From contig OZ024744.1 in the NCBI GenBank assembly GCA_964016885.1, positions 115,692,001-115,756,000 on the forward strand: DNA of 64,000 nucleotides, written 5' to 3'. The notes under the pieces were generated by a model that had not been told where the DNA came from, did no database searches, and was given only the letters and a program-made list of their open reading frames with translations. Positions 14,495-25,603 of this stretch are shown here, one piece after another (position 1 is the first letter of the stretch; each line of letters begins with the position of its first letter). The DNA comes from Eledone cirrhosa. Its lineage: Eukaryota. The translations under genes were made by a program, and so were the position numbers.

Positions 14495-14690
14495 GACCTC
14501 CTGGCTCAAAAGTCTGATGGTGGGTCTGTCACCTCTGAGATGAGCTGACTGCGGCTAACCATTCGTCTGGAACATCCCCAGGAGAGCAGCCCACCAAGGG
14601 TGGCCCTACCAGGAGCAAAGCTCTTGACTGTAATGTTCTCTTGGATCTACAAAACACACAGCCGCCTCACCAATACAAGGCCAGACCTCG
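14495..14690 (-). mobile_element. Probable RTE-clade LINE 5' UTR containing one copy of the 51-bp unit
   Basis: Minus strand CCTTGTATTGGTGAGGCGGCTGTGTG..GATCCAAGAG..GAGCTTTGCTCCTGGTAGGGCCACCC..CCAGACGAA resembles, from memory, Expander/Rex3-type RTE 5' ends, and runs directly into the satellite unit. Confidence 0.6.
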
Positions 14691-16294
14691 GGGTGGGTGG
14701 GGGCTGCAGTTTATAGAAAGACTATAGTAGTGGAATAACCAAGCACCTTGCAGGTATCACAAAATAGTTTGGTATGAATGGGTGATAACGTGGCTAAAAC
14801 ATCAGAATAACCAAACACCCTCCTCGACATAATATTTCAGTATGGTGAGCTGCCAACAATGACAAGAATCTCATTGTCAGCAACCCAATTTCCCCAAACA
14901 TCTTGAAGACTTCTCATAGAGTCATCCCCCCATCGAAGGTGAAGCATGTACAAAGTTCTTGTTCCAGACTTCCCAATCTCCCATTGCAGCAAGAAGATCT
15001 GTCCAGTGAAGCCAATGTCCTTCACCAACAGTATCTTGATGGTTATGTTTGGGCATCCTACTATAGGCTGAAAAAATAGTTTGCTGATAATTCCTGGTAT
15101 TTTAGAATTTTATACCAATCAGCTTTGGATGCAGGAATCCTCACTGTTGCCACATCATCCAGGATGTGGGAAGGAGCAAAAGTGTTGCTAGCTCTGGCAT
15201 CACAAATGAGACATCTACCTCTTACTCATAGGCATAAGGTAAGACCGTCTGACCTCTTTCTATCAACCCTGGATAGATTGTCTGCCCACAGAATTGTGGG
15301 GATATTAACATGAACCAGGATCCTCTTAGTAATAAGGCTCAACTTGGTATGACAAGTGGAGTAATCTGCATTCAGGCAGCAAGACTCATAGGGGTCAAGA
15401 GACCTGCTACAACAACATTGAGACCCCCACAGACATCAGTCCCAACTGTGAACTCAATGGAGATTTGGAACTCATCCAGACTACATAGGCCATCAACCCA
15501 GTTCCTCCAAAATTTTCTTTCCTCTGATTACTTTCTTTCTCTTCATTCTTCATCTTTTGATAATTACCTTGACTACTAAATTCTCGGAACGCTACCCAAC
15601 AGCTAAATATTATATAATAAAGAAAGCAGGAGTTGTCAAATCTTCCCCTGAGCATTCTCAGCAAATATATTCACTCTATGTTTGTGCGTCGATCTTTTCC
15701 TCCCGTAATATTTTAACATTCTCTTCCTATTCTTCATCACACTCTTACTTATCTCTCTATTTCTTTTCTGAGGCTACCACAGTGCTCAATATCTTCCTTA
15801 CCTCTTTTTGCTTCTTATTGCAAGTTTTTCCGTTTCCATTTTGGTCACCTTGTCATCTTGTCACCTTATCATCTTGTCACCTTGTCATATCCTCTTTACT
15901 TTATCATCAGTTACTTTTATTGTTTTGCGACACTATTTATTTTAGCATCTCTTGGCAGTGACGGTTGACTGCATTTCTCACATATCTTACAGAACATAGC
16001 TAATGGGTAACTTATACTGAACTCAGTTTCAAAACAATTCTATATATTAATGGTGGCAATGTATTTGTTTTGCAAGGTTTTTCATGTGAAATCATGTGTT
16101 GAAACAGATATGTTTAACTGTTGGTCAATCAATGATAAACATTGATTGCCAGCTAAATTATTTGTAAAAATATAAAAATATACTGAAGTGAAAACCAAAC
16201 CAAACAGGGAGTGTGTTTTACTACTTTTCTTGGCAATATTAGGACAACATGACCCTCGCCAAATATAACAATATATATTCAGTTAAAGTTAAAG

Positions 16295-16590
16295 TGTTCT
16301 AAGCTGAAGGCTCATCAGGTTGGTGCTTATCCCCAATTTCCTTGACATTAAGGAACTGAGGATACAAGACTCTCTCTGGATAGAATGAGTACAAGATTCT
16401 CCATGGACAGGATGCTGGTCTATTGCAGGATTAATTCCCCAGATACTACTGGTACTCACTCACCTCAGTATACTGGAGCAATGTGAAATAAAGTGTTTTG
16501 CTCAAGAACACAACACACAACACAATCCAGGAATCAAACTGACAACATTACAATTGTATATTAAATACCCTAACCATTAGGCCATGTATT
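16295..16590 (-). mobile_element. Old tRNA-derived CORE-like SINE
   Basis: CTGGAGCAATGTGAAATAAAGTGTTTTGCTCAAG is shared with the younger SINEs; reversed A box AACCATTAGGCCATG; the tail differs. Confidence 0.75.
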
Positions 16591-16744
16591 GCCCTATTTT
16601 ATCTCTGTATTTACAGTTTATACATATTTTTAACTTTCCTTTTTTTAATTGTTGTATTCTTATTGTTTTGCCTATGGCAACTTCTTTTTCCGTCTTTTAA
16701 GGGTCTTCACCCTATTTTATAAGTTATTTTTTATGGCATTTCTG

Positions 16745-17960
16745 CATTCAAAAGGTCTTAAAATCAACCTGGCAAAGACTAAAGTCCTAGTAAGTAGTAA
16801 AGAAAACAGGGCACAGATCACCTTCGGGAAATTGCCCTGCTCAATGTGCAGAAAAAGAGTAAGTAGAAATTCCATTCTATGTACCAAATGCAAGCAATTG
16901 GTACATATGAGATGTAGTGGGATCTCAGGCAGACTAACAAAGATTGTAGGTTTTACTTGTGGCAGGTGCACAGGGGCAGTAAGTAGCAAGAACCCTCAGG
17001 ATACAATCCCCTACCACTTCTTTAGAGCCCAGAGGGCTCTATAGAAGTGGTAGATAGTTTCTGTTACCTGGGTGTCCAAATCAATAATGGGGGAGGGTGT
17101 TCTGAAGGCACAGTAACCATAGTGAGATCGGGCTGGAGAAAGTTCAGGGATCTACTACTGTTACTAATTACAAAAGGTTTTTCTCTTAAAATGAAAGGCA
17201 GACTGTATGATGCATGTATACAAACAACTATGTTGCACAGCAGTGAAACCTGGGCACTGTGGACTGAGGACCTAAGAAGATTGGAAAGAAATGAAGCCTC
17301 CATACTTCGCTGGATGTGGAATAACAATATACGTGGACGGCAAAGTATAAATACACTGCATGAGAAATTAGGCTTAAGAAGGATCAGTTGTTGCATGCAG
17401 GAGAAGAGATTGTGTTGGTATGGACATGTGATGTGTATGAAGGATGACAGCTGTATAATAAGGTGCAGAGCGCTTAAAGTCGATGGTAGCCATGGTGTGA
17501 GCAGGCCTAGGAAGACTTGGGATGAAGTAATAAAAGCTGACCTTGCATAATTACACCTCACTAAGGCAATGACACAGGACCGTGACCTCTGGTGCTATGC
17601 AGTTTTATGGATGAGGCTTATACCTATTAGGCAACGCCTTTTATCCCCTCTCATCCACCTCCCTTAGAGGTAACCATACCTCCTCTATTACTCTGACCAC
17701 ATCTTTTTCCTTCAAGCCCCTCCATTCTCCCTAGTCCCCACTGTGTTGTCAGTGACACAACAAAGGTGCCCATTCCACACTATAAAGTGATCGTGTAGGT
17801 ATCACGACAAAAGCACCCAGCCCCACACTGTCAATGTGGTTGGTGTTAGGAAGGGCATCCAGCCGTAGAAAACCAGCCAGAAACTTGCCTCTAATTGGGA
17901 CAAACCCGTCTAACCCATGCTAGAGTGGAAGATAGATGTTAATCGATGACAACGATGATG
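16745..17960 (+). mobile_element. 5'-truncated RTE-clade LINE relic (RT C-terminus with PHD-type finger, 3' UTR, GAT tail)
   Basis: GLKINLAKTKVL..C4HC3..(frameshift)..VDSFCYLG..SETWAL..RLCWYGHV..RPRKTW; tail CCCATGCTAGAGTGG..GATGATG. Confidence 0.92.
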
Positions 17961-18099
17961 TGGCTTAGATTAAAGAATTGGATTATAAGTGGAAATATCC
18001 ACTTAAGACATCGATATCAAGATATGGAACAGTTCAATCTATAATAATCAACAGTAATTATGTGAATGAAAATACTCCAGCATGGTGAAGCATTGTGTA

Positions 18100-18500
18100 C
18101 TATCAGGATAATTGAAGATAAAAGTAGTACAGAGAACAATATAACTAAAGCTTTACTCCCTGGGGTGAAAACAGGAGAGATACACAGTGATATACATATG
18201 GAAGATACTGGAAGGGTATACTGGAACTTTAGCATTGAAGACAGGACCAACCCACGAACAGGATGTCACTGTGTAGAGTTAAAGGTCCCATCCTTCATAT
18301 CAAGAATTAGGATCACATACTGCAATAGCCTGGGGTTCAAGGGCCCCCAGCTTTTTAATAAGCTGACAAACACATTTACATGGTGTACATTTAGATGTTT
18401 ACAAGAGGCATCTCAACATTCTACTGACCAAGATCCCAGATGAACCCATAGCATGAGGTGAAACACAAACAAGAGCAGCAGCAACAAACTCCCTTTTGTA
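18100..18500 (+). mobile_element. CR1-clade LINE ORF2 3' relic
   Basis: Frameshifted LKLYSL..QERYTVIYIWKILE..NPRTG.HC..RIRITYCNSLGFKGPQLFNKL..KIPDEP..AAATNSL, typical of invertebrate CR1 C-termini. Confidence 0.75.
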
Positions 18501-18799
18501 TCTATGGCCAACCAGGGAAGGCTGGCTATAGAAAGTATTGCATCAATGGCAATGCCCCAGCATGGCCTCAGCTGGAACATGTAATAGTATAATAGAGCAA
18601 AGAAAAAATTAGCCTAAAATATATATCAAATGAACATCTAATTTCTACATCTGTTTTTATTAGTGTAGATAAGAACACAATTAAGATGACAATTAACATT
18701 AATAATAATTGCTTTATCAATATAAAATTCAATAACATATTGGATTATCTACAAAATCTCTTCAGGAATGGTAAAAATTTGTTAAACATATTTTGCCAA

Positions 18800-19215
18800 T
18801 TTTATTGTATTGAATCTCTCATAATTCCATATAGATTGTGCTGGAGTAGCCATATTGTAAGAATGTGATATCATTGTATTCCTAAGCAGTTTCTGTGCAT
18901 GGAGTTAGTCAAAGACAAACGGCCAAAGCATGAATCAAAACTCTGGTATAAAGACTGCATTAAAAGAGCTTTAACAAATCAAATAACTGGGAAGACATTG
19001 CCTTAGATCAATCATCTTGGAGGATGTTTAATGGTAAACAGGAATTTGAAAAATCTTGTGTGGAGTATGAAAGAGGAGTCAGCATAAGGGTCTACACAAT
19101 ATCACTTTACCTGGATTTTCAAATGCTCAAAATGACTTTATATGCAATGAGTGTGACCAAGTTTACCTCAGTAAAGCTGGTCTTAGAAGTCATCATAGAA
19201 GCCATATACAAAATG
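18800..19215 (+). mobile_element. Second RTE-clade family relic with C-terminal C2H2 zinc finger
   Basis: RLCWSSHIVRM*..IPKQFLCMEL..KLWYKDCIKRAL..WEDIALDQSSWR..FICNECDQVYLSKAGLRSHHRSH. Confidence 0.75.
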
Positions 19216-19419
19216 TTGCCAATTATGTCTCTTTGACATTTCTTTCTGTTGGAAGTGTAGAAAACAATGTCAACATCATTTGAAAACTCACCAAAAGAGG
19301 GAACCAAAGTGGAGGTAATGTTTATCATTGCAACATATGCAGAGGGCAATGTAAATCTTTGGAAGGACTATAGTCATGTTTGTGCCACCCATATGTGAGA
19401 GGGGGATTATGTGGTGGCA

Positions 19420-19890
19420 GTTCTTGAAATCTCTTTCCAATCTACATAGGTCTTCTGTACACAGTGTCCATGTCTCAGTATCATGCAGTGTTGCTGTTCA
19501 TATTCAGGCATCATACAATCTGTCCTTCATTTTGAGGGAAAAGCCTTTTGTAGTTTGCATGTTCTCACTCTGGCTACTGTACTTTCAAAACAGCCACCTC
19601 CACTGTTAATTTGATCACCCAGGTAACAGAAGCTGTCAGCTGCTTCTACAGTACCCTCTAAAAATTTGGTAGTGTTTCTTTCCTGCAAGCAATTGTTGCT
19701 TACTGTTCTTTTGTAATGACCACATGTAAAACTTATGTTCCCAGCTAACCTACCTGAGATCCCACTACATATCTTGTGTACTCATAGTTTGCATTTGGCA
19801 CAAAGGATGGAATTTCTACCCACTCCTTTCCTACACACTAATCAGGACCATTTCCCAGAAGGGATCAAGACCTTGTTTTCTTAACTACTT
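19420..19890 (-). mobile_element. Degraded internal fragment of the PHD-bearing RTE family
   Basis: The reverse complement matches the GKW..VCRKGVGRNSILCAKCKL..CSGISGRL..FTCG, SFCYLGDQIN and GFSLKMKDRLYDA segments of the other copies. Confidence 0.85.
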
Positions 19891-20284
19891 ATTGATTGAG
19901 ACTATTTTATTGGTTACATTACTTTCACCTATGTACAATAGAATATATAAATAATTGCCATATTAATATTCATCAACTGAAGAATATCCCAGATCACATG
20001 AAAGTACTTGTGAAAATATGAAAATAGGTAACTCCAGCTGTGACTAATATATATATATATATATATGTTATGTTGTTTATGTAATGTTGTTTACCAATGT
20101 GTGGAACTGGTGGTTCTGGTTATTAAATATGATGCAATAAATTAAAGTACTCAATATTATGCAAACCATCTATTGTAAATGTGGTATCCAGTGGTCAATG
20201 CAGGAATGGGGTGAAATATTCAGTAAAAACAACAGAAGGCCAGACTGGAAACTTTCTTTAGAATTTTAATTCCATGGAAACACT

Positions 20285-20285
<1 letters not shown>

Positions 20286-20318
<33 letters not shown>

Positions 20319-20600
20319 CCGTTTTACGTCCGTTCTTCCACGCTAGCATGGGTTAGACGGGTTGTCCTGTTGTCGGCAGTGTCTGGTCGGATGACCATGC
20401 CTTGCTCATACAGGAACTGATTCTGGCTTGATTTCTACAGCTGGATGCCCTTCCTAACACCAACCTCATTTACAGTGAGTGCTGGGTGCTTTTTCGTGGC
20501 GCCTACACGTCCACTTTACAGTGTGGGGCTGGGTGCCTTTTTACCGTGGCACCTCCATGACCACCTTGCGGTGGGGGGTGTGGGGGCATATTGTCTATAT
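20286..20600 (-). mobile_element. Short RTE-tail element (no tRNA head), left arm of an inverted pair
   Basis: Near reverse complement of 20811-21110; (CAT)n tail at left. Confidence 0.85.
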
Positions 20601-20810
20601 ATATCTATAACTATACATATTTAAATGGCCCAGCCTCAACATCCAATGATTTGATGAGGTATTAATTGCAAAATTAGTTATGTAAGAAAACAGGATTACA
20701 GTGAATACAAACAGAGAGGATCAATTCGATTTGGTGATGGCCTGCCGATCCAGTGTTATTGTAATGGCAAATATAAATATACCCGACCTCCCATGGGTAC
20801 AAGCTGAAGC

Positions 20811-21110
20811 ATATAGACAATATGCCCCCACACCCCCCACTGCAAGGTGGTCGTGGAGGTGCCACAGTAAAAAAGCACCCAGCCCATACTGTAAAGTGGA
20901 CGTGTTGGCGCCACGAAAAAGCACCCAGCCCACACTGTAAATGAGGTTGGTGTTAGGAAGGGCATCCAGCTGTAGAAATCAAGCCAAAATCAGTTCCTGT
21001 ATGAGCAAGGCATGGTCAGCTGACCAGACACTGCCTACAACAGGACAATCCGTCTAACCCATGCTAGCGTGGAAGAACGGACGTAAAACGGTGATGATGA
21101 TGATGATGAT
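20811..21110 (+). mobile_element. Short RTE-tail element (no tRNA head), right arm of an inverted pair
   Basis: Starts ATATAGACAATATGCCCCCA, contains GTTGGTGTTAGGAAGGGCATCCAGC and CCCATGCTAGCGTGG, ends (GAT)n. Confidence 0.85.
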
Positions 21111-21137
21111 TCCTAAATATAACAATATAAAAATATA

Positions 21138-22200
21138 TTGACACCCATCCAGTCCTTTTCCTGTTGAGGAACTTTCTTCGCCATGCCAAATCTCCTCTAC
21201 ACATTTCATTGTTACAGCCCCACATCTCCTCATTGACCTCAATACTTGTATCTGAGTGGCGGCTGCTGAGATATACAACGTCAGCTTTGACAACTTTGGA
21301 TGGCAACTGGTCACCTTACCTCTTAGAAATGGTGGCCTTGGTCTCTGGACTTTTGTCTCGCTGGCTTTGCCAGTGTTTCTTTCATTGGTAACCTCTTGCC
21401 GTGTCCTCATCAACAGGGTTCACCACAACACAACAGAACTCACTGTGATCAAGGAACCTGAGGCCACCTGTGAGACTTGGAACCAGCTCAGATTCAACCC
21501 AGTAGACGTTCTTTCTCCTTTTTCCGCTGTTGACATCAAGTCCCCCCAGAGTATTTGGGATGCCATCCAGTGTGACATGGCCTCAGGCAGGCTAGTGCGC
21601 CAGCTCGACCAGTATCACCTCACATGTTTTCACTCAGGCTCGCAACCCCACAGTGGTGCCTGGCTCAATGCCTTGCCTTCCTTCTCCACTGGCACACAGC
21701 TGGACAATGATACCCGCTTTCCTGTCGCTACAGTGCCACCTGCCTCCCGTACCATATTGCTCTCAACAAGACGATAAAGCATGGATTGAATGCTCAGGCT
21801 TCCCCTCCAAGCTCAAGCCGGCGAAGCTGGACCGAAGGGACGGCAAAAGGCAAGACAGCATGACCATCTTCCCGTTCCGCAGTGGCAAACCCCTCGTCTG
21901 GTATTCTACATGCAGCGACACATTCTCCAGCGGCATCCTGGTGCAGTCATCGACTAACCCAAGTTCTGCTGCATTTCTGACCGAGAAGGGTAACATTTCT
22001 GACAGGTTTGTGGTCGGGCCCGTAGCAATGGAGACTTCTGGTGTCCTTGCCCCTAGGGCCACCTCCCTACTCATCACCATAGGTGCAGAGCTGGCTAACC
22101 ACAGGTGTGAGCTTCACGAGCTGGAATGGCTCTTCCAACACGTCTCCCTCACCATCATTCAGGGAAATGCCTTTTCTATTTTGTCCACCAGGGCCGTGGG
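21138..22200 (+). mobile_element. CRE-clade (restriction-like endonuclease) non-LTR retrotransposon 3' relic
   Basis: Frameshifted motifs HPVLFLLRNF, WQLVTLPLRNGGLGL, SGAWLNALP, DGKRQDSMTIFPFRSGKPLVWYSTCSDT, PVAMETSG, LFQHVSLTIIQGNA match the CRE/Cnl1-type RLE consensus (RPDG..W..G..L.WD.T; P.A.ETLG; QR.S.AIQRGNA). Confidence 0.85.
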
Positions 22201-22536
22201 GCAGTCAGCTTGTGGACTCCTATTTGCATATAATAGTGAAAGACGGGGGCAGTGGGTGAAAGAGAGAGAGAGCATCAACTCACACACACACACACACTTA
22301 ATAAGACAACGATAGATGTTATTTTGAGGCTTAGTTACTTGAAAAATGTGAAAGTCTGTGTGTGTTCTTTTATCTCTGCCTATAAATAAATATATATTAT
22401 TAGTACAGATTAAAGTTTAAACTGTTTAAACTGCTGATATATATATATATATACAATCCTTATTGAGCACTCTTCGAATTTTGGTCTTTGTAATTATTAT
22501 TACTATATATATGTGTGCATGTTTGCATGTTTATGT

Positions 22537-22882
22537 TATCATCATCATTTCATCATTCATTTTACGTCCGCTTTTCCCTGCTTGCAAGGGTGGGATGGGA
22601 ACTGATTCTGGCTTGATTTCTACAGCTGGATACCCTTCCTAACACCAACCTCATTTACAGTGTGGGCTGGGTGCTTTTTTGCCGTGGCACCTACACGAGC
22701 ACTTTGCAGTGGAATGATAGAGACCCCAGTCCCTATCATCTCATTTATACAGCTGAGTAAACTGGAGCAATGTGAAATAAAGTGTCTTGCTCAAGGAAAC
22801 AACACATCACCCGGTCTGAGAATTGAACTCACAACCTTTCGATTGCAAGGCCAATGCTCTAACCACTAAGCCATGTGCCTCC
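22537..22882 (-). mobile_element. Full-length tRNA-CORE-like-RTE-tail SINE
   Basis: Minus strand: GGAGGCACATGGCTTAGTGG (A box), GAGTTCAATTC (B box), TTCCTTGAGCAAGACACTT (CORE-like), RTE tail, ATGA repeats. Confidence 0.9.
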
Positions 22883-23122
22883 ATGTTATGCAAAAAGTAA
22901 ACAGAAATACCAAAGCAAACAGCACAGTACAATGAAGAAATATATTAGTTTAATGCTTGATATAGTCTTTACATTTTGGACACTGGTACTTTGTCAGAAG
23001 ATAGAAGGAGAAATAAAAGATGAAATAGAGAGAGAAAGAGAAGAGGAAGGAACGGAAAACATTTTTTTGAGAAAAAGTACTCTGGATTCAGTCAGCCATT
23101 TTGGAGAAAATATATATATATA

Positions 23123-23315
23123 CATCATCATCATCATCGTCGTATAATGTCCATCTTCCATGCTAGCATGGGTTAGACAGGTTTGTCCCACTTAGAGGCA
23201 AGTATGGACGAGTGACTGTGTCTCACTTATATAGGACTGTTTCTGGATGGTTTTCTACAGCTGGATGCTCTGCCTAACGCCAACCACATTTACAGTGTGT
23301 ACTGGGTGCTTTGAG
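23123..23315 (-). mobile_element. RTE 3' tail fragment
   Basis: (CAT)n, CCATGCTAGCATGGGTTAGAC and CTGGATGC..CCTAACGCCAACCAC. Confidence 0.85.
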
Positions 23316-23329
23316 GTAACAACATAATA

Positions 23330-23675
23330 TATCATTCATTCATTTCATTTCATTTTACGTCCACTTTTCCCTGCTTGCAAGGGTGGGACGGAAACTGATT
23401 CTGGCTTGATTTCTACAGCTGGATGCCCTTCCTAACACCAACCTCATTTACAGTGAGTGCTGTGTGCTTTTTTGCCGTGGCACCTCCACGACCACTTTGC
23501 AGTGGAATGATAGGGACCCCAGTCCCTATCATCTCGTTTCTACAGCTGAGTAAACTGGAGCAATGTGAAATAAAGTGTCTTGCTCAAGGAAACAACACAT
23601 CACCTGGTCTGAGAATTGATCTCACAACCTTTCGATTGCAAGGCCAATGCTCTAGCCACTAAGCCATGTGCCTCC
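23330..23675 (-). mobile_element. Full-length tRNA-CORE-like-RTE-tail SINE
   Basis: Near-identical to 22537-22882; the 5' end abuts (TA)n. Confidence 0.9.
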
Positions 23676-23819
23676 ATATATATATATATATAAATTGCAC
23701 AAAATTTTCCTGTATTACAGTCCCACTTTATACCCTAACGGATAGTACGAACAATACGCGGATAAATTATGTCTTGATGTGGTAGCTAAGTATATTTTAT
23801 GTTTATACGATTACTTATT

Positions 23820-24350
23820 TGTATAGGTAAGTATATATTACCTGTATGTTTTGTGAAGGTACGTATACTTTCTCGTATGTATATTTGCTTGTATTTGTTA
23901 TAGGCGTATATATTTTATATATACTGGTACATGTGTATATGGTTATGTCTATACGTAAGTTTTGCGTTTGTGTGTGTATGCGGGTTTGCTCGTATGTAGG
24001 GTGTGTATATGTGTACTTTGTGTTTTGGTTGACGTACGTTTAGTGAACATATGTGTATTTACATGTAGGTGTATGTGTGCGCACGTTATATACGTATCTA
24101 TGTGTGTATATTTATATACGTTTATATAATTATTTGTATACGCGCACACACACACACATGTATATATATATTTTTTAGATGTTTTATGTGTATTTGGTGT
24201 ATACATTCGTATGTGTTTGGGTACAGGTGTTACATGGTTTCTGTATGTGTGCGCGTGTTTTTGTGTACGTGCCTGTATTTTCATACCCATGGCGTGTGTT
24301 TTCGCGAATGCATGTGTATGTACATATATGGATGCATGCATGTATATATT
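23820..24350. repeat. Degenerate TG/TA low-complexity tract
   Basis: Direct inspection; source of the spurious Y/V/C/H/T-rich ORFs. Confidence 0.8.
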
Positions 24351-24631
24351 TAATTATTGTTGATTTCAATAACCTCAGTAATTAATTTACATTCTTCTTA
24401 ACTCTGAAGCCGAGAATCATTCGGTTTCCTAAATAGAATTTTAGTCTATGACTTCAGTTATACCATAAACGTGGTTTTGCCTTTCTGTGTAAGTGTTTTC
24501 ACCGCTCCAAATAATGACGTATTATCTTCGTTTTTTCTGTTCTTTGCCAGGGAACGTTTCCATGAACCAAAGTATCGTCTTTCTGTCTTCCTTCGGTTGC
24601 AACCTTTTTCGAAATATTTACTTCTGCATTC

Positions 24632-24707
24632 ACAGATTGACTTTTTTAGTTTCAGAAGATCCCGTTAAGGGTGAAAGCAGCGATTCTTTGCTTAAACTTT
24701 AATCTGT
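24632..24707 (+). ncRNA. Hammerhead-like fold with variant core CAGAAGA (copy A)
   Basis: ACAGATTGA-CTTTTTT-AGTTT | CAGAAGA | T-CCC-GTTAA-GGG-T | GAAA | GCA..TGC | TT | AAACT-TTAATCTGT: stems I, II and III pair in type-I topology. Confidence 0.55.
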
Positions 24708-24726
24708 TATTTTAATATATATATAT

Positions 24727-25059
24727 GGAAGTACATGGCTTAGTGGTTAGAGAATTGGCCTTGCAATCGAGAGGTTGTGAGTTCAATTCTCAGACCGGGT
24801 GATGTGTTGTTTCCTTGAGCAAGACACTTTATTTCACATTGCTCCAGTTTACTCAGTTGTAGAAATGAGATGATAGGGACTGGGGTCCCTATCATTCCAC
24901 TGCAAAGTGATCGTGGAGGTACCATGGCAAAAAAGTACCCAGCACTCACTGTAAATGAGGTTGGTGTTAGGAAGGGCATCCAGCTGTAGAAATCAAGCCA
25001 GAATCAGTTCCCGTCCCACCCTTGCAAGCAGGGTAAAGTGGACGTAAAATGGAATGATG

Positions 25060-25061
<2 letters not shown>
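24727..25061 (+). mobile_element. Full-length tRNA-CORE-like-RTE-tail SINE
   Basis: GGAAGTACATGGCTTAGTGGTTAGAG..GAGTTCAATTC..GAGCAAGACACTT..GGAAGGGCATCCAGC..GGACGTAAAATGGAATGATGA; flanked by (TA)n on both sides. Confidence 0.9.
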
Positions 25062-25101
<40 letters not shown>

Positions 25102-25195
25102 ACAATCAACTTTCGTCAAATCAGACCGAGGAAACAATGTTTCCATTGGTCTTTCTAATTGCTAATACTCTGTATCGGGCACAACTCCAGGTAGA

Positions 25196-25310
25196 AGGAG
25201 CAACATGAAATAAAGTGTCTCAGAGACATAACACATTGCCCAGCCTGGGAATTAAACTCACAACCTCACAATTGCGAATCCAACTCTCTAACCACTCAGC
25301 TGCGCACCTT
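25196..25310 (-). mobile_element. SINE 5' half (tRNA head plus partial CORE-like domain)
   Basis: GGAGCAACATGAAATAAAGTGTCT..AACTCACAACC..CTCTAACCACTCAGC. Confidence 0.75.
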
Positions 25311-25402
<92 letters not shown>

Positions 25403-25461
25403 TATATATCATGATAATGATGATGATATATATCTATATATATTTGTGTGTATATACATAT

Positions 25462-25603
25462 ATCATCATCTCCACCGTTTTACATCAATGTTTCCACACT
25501 AGCATGGGTTAGACGAGTTTCCCTGTTGAGGCCAATGCCATGTCAGGTGACCATACAGGACTGATTTTGGCTTGATTTCTACAGCTGCATGCCCCTCCTA
25601 CAC
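25462..25603 (-). mobile_element. RTE-tail element fragment running into a minisatellite
   Basis: CCGTTTTACATC..CTAGCATGGGTTAGACG..GGCTTGATTTCTACAGCTG matches the 20286-20600 element. Confidence 0.8.

Noticed and set aside
24727-24800. tRNA gene
   Set aside because: A and B boxes are present but there is no complete cloverleaf; it is the head of a multi-copy SINE.
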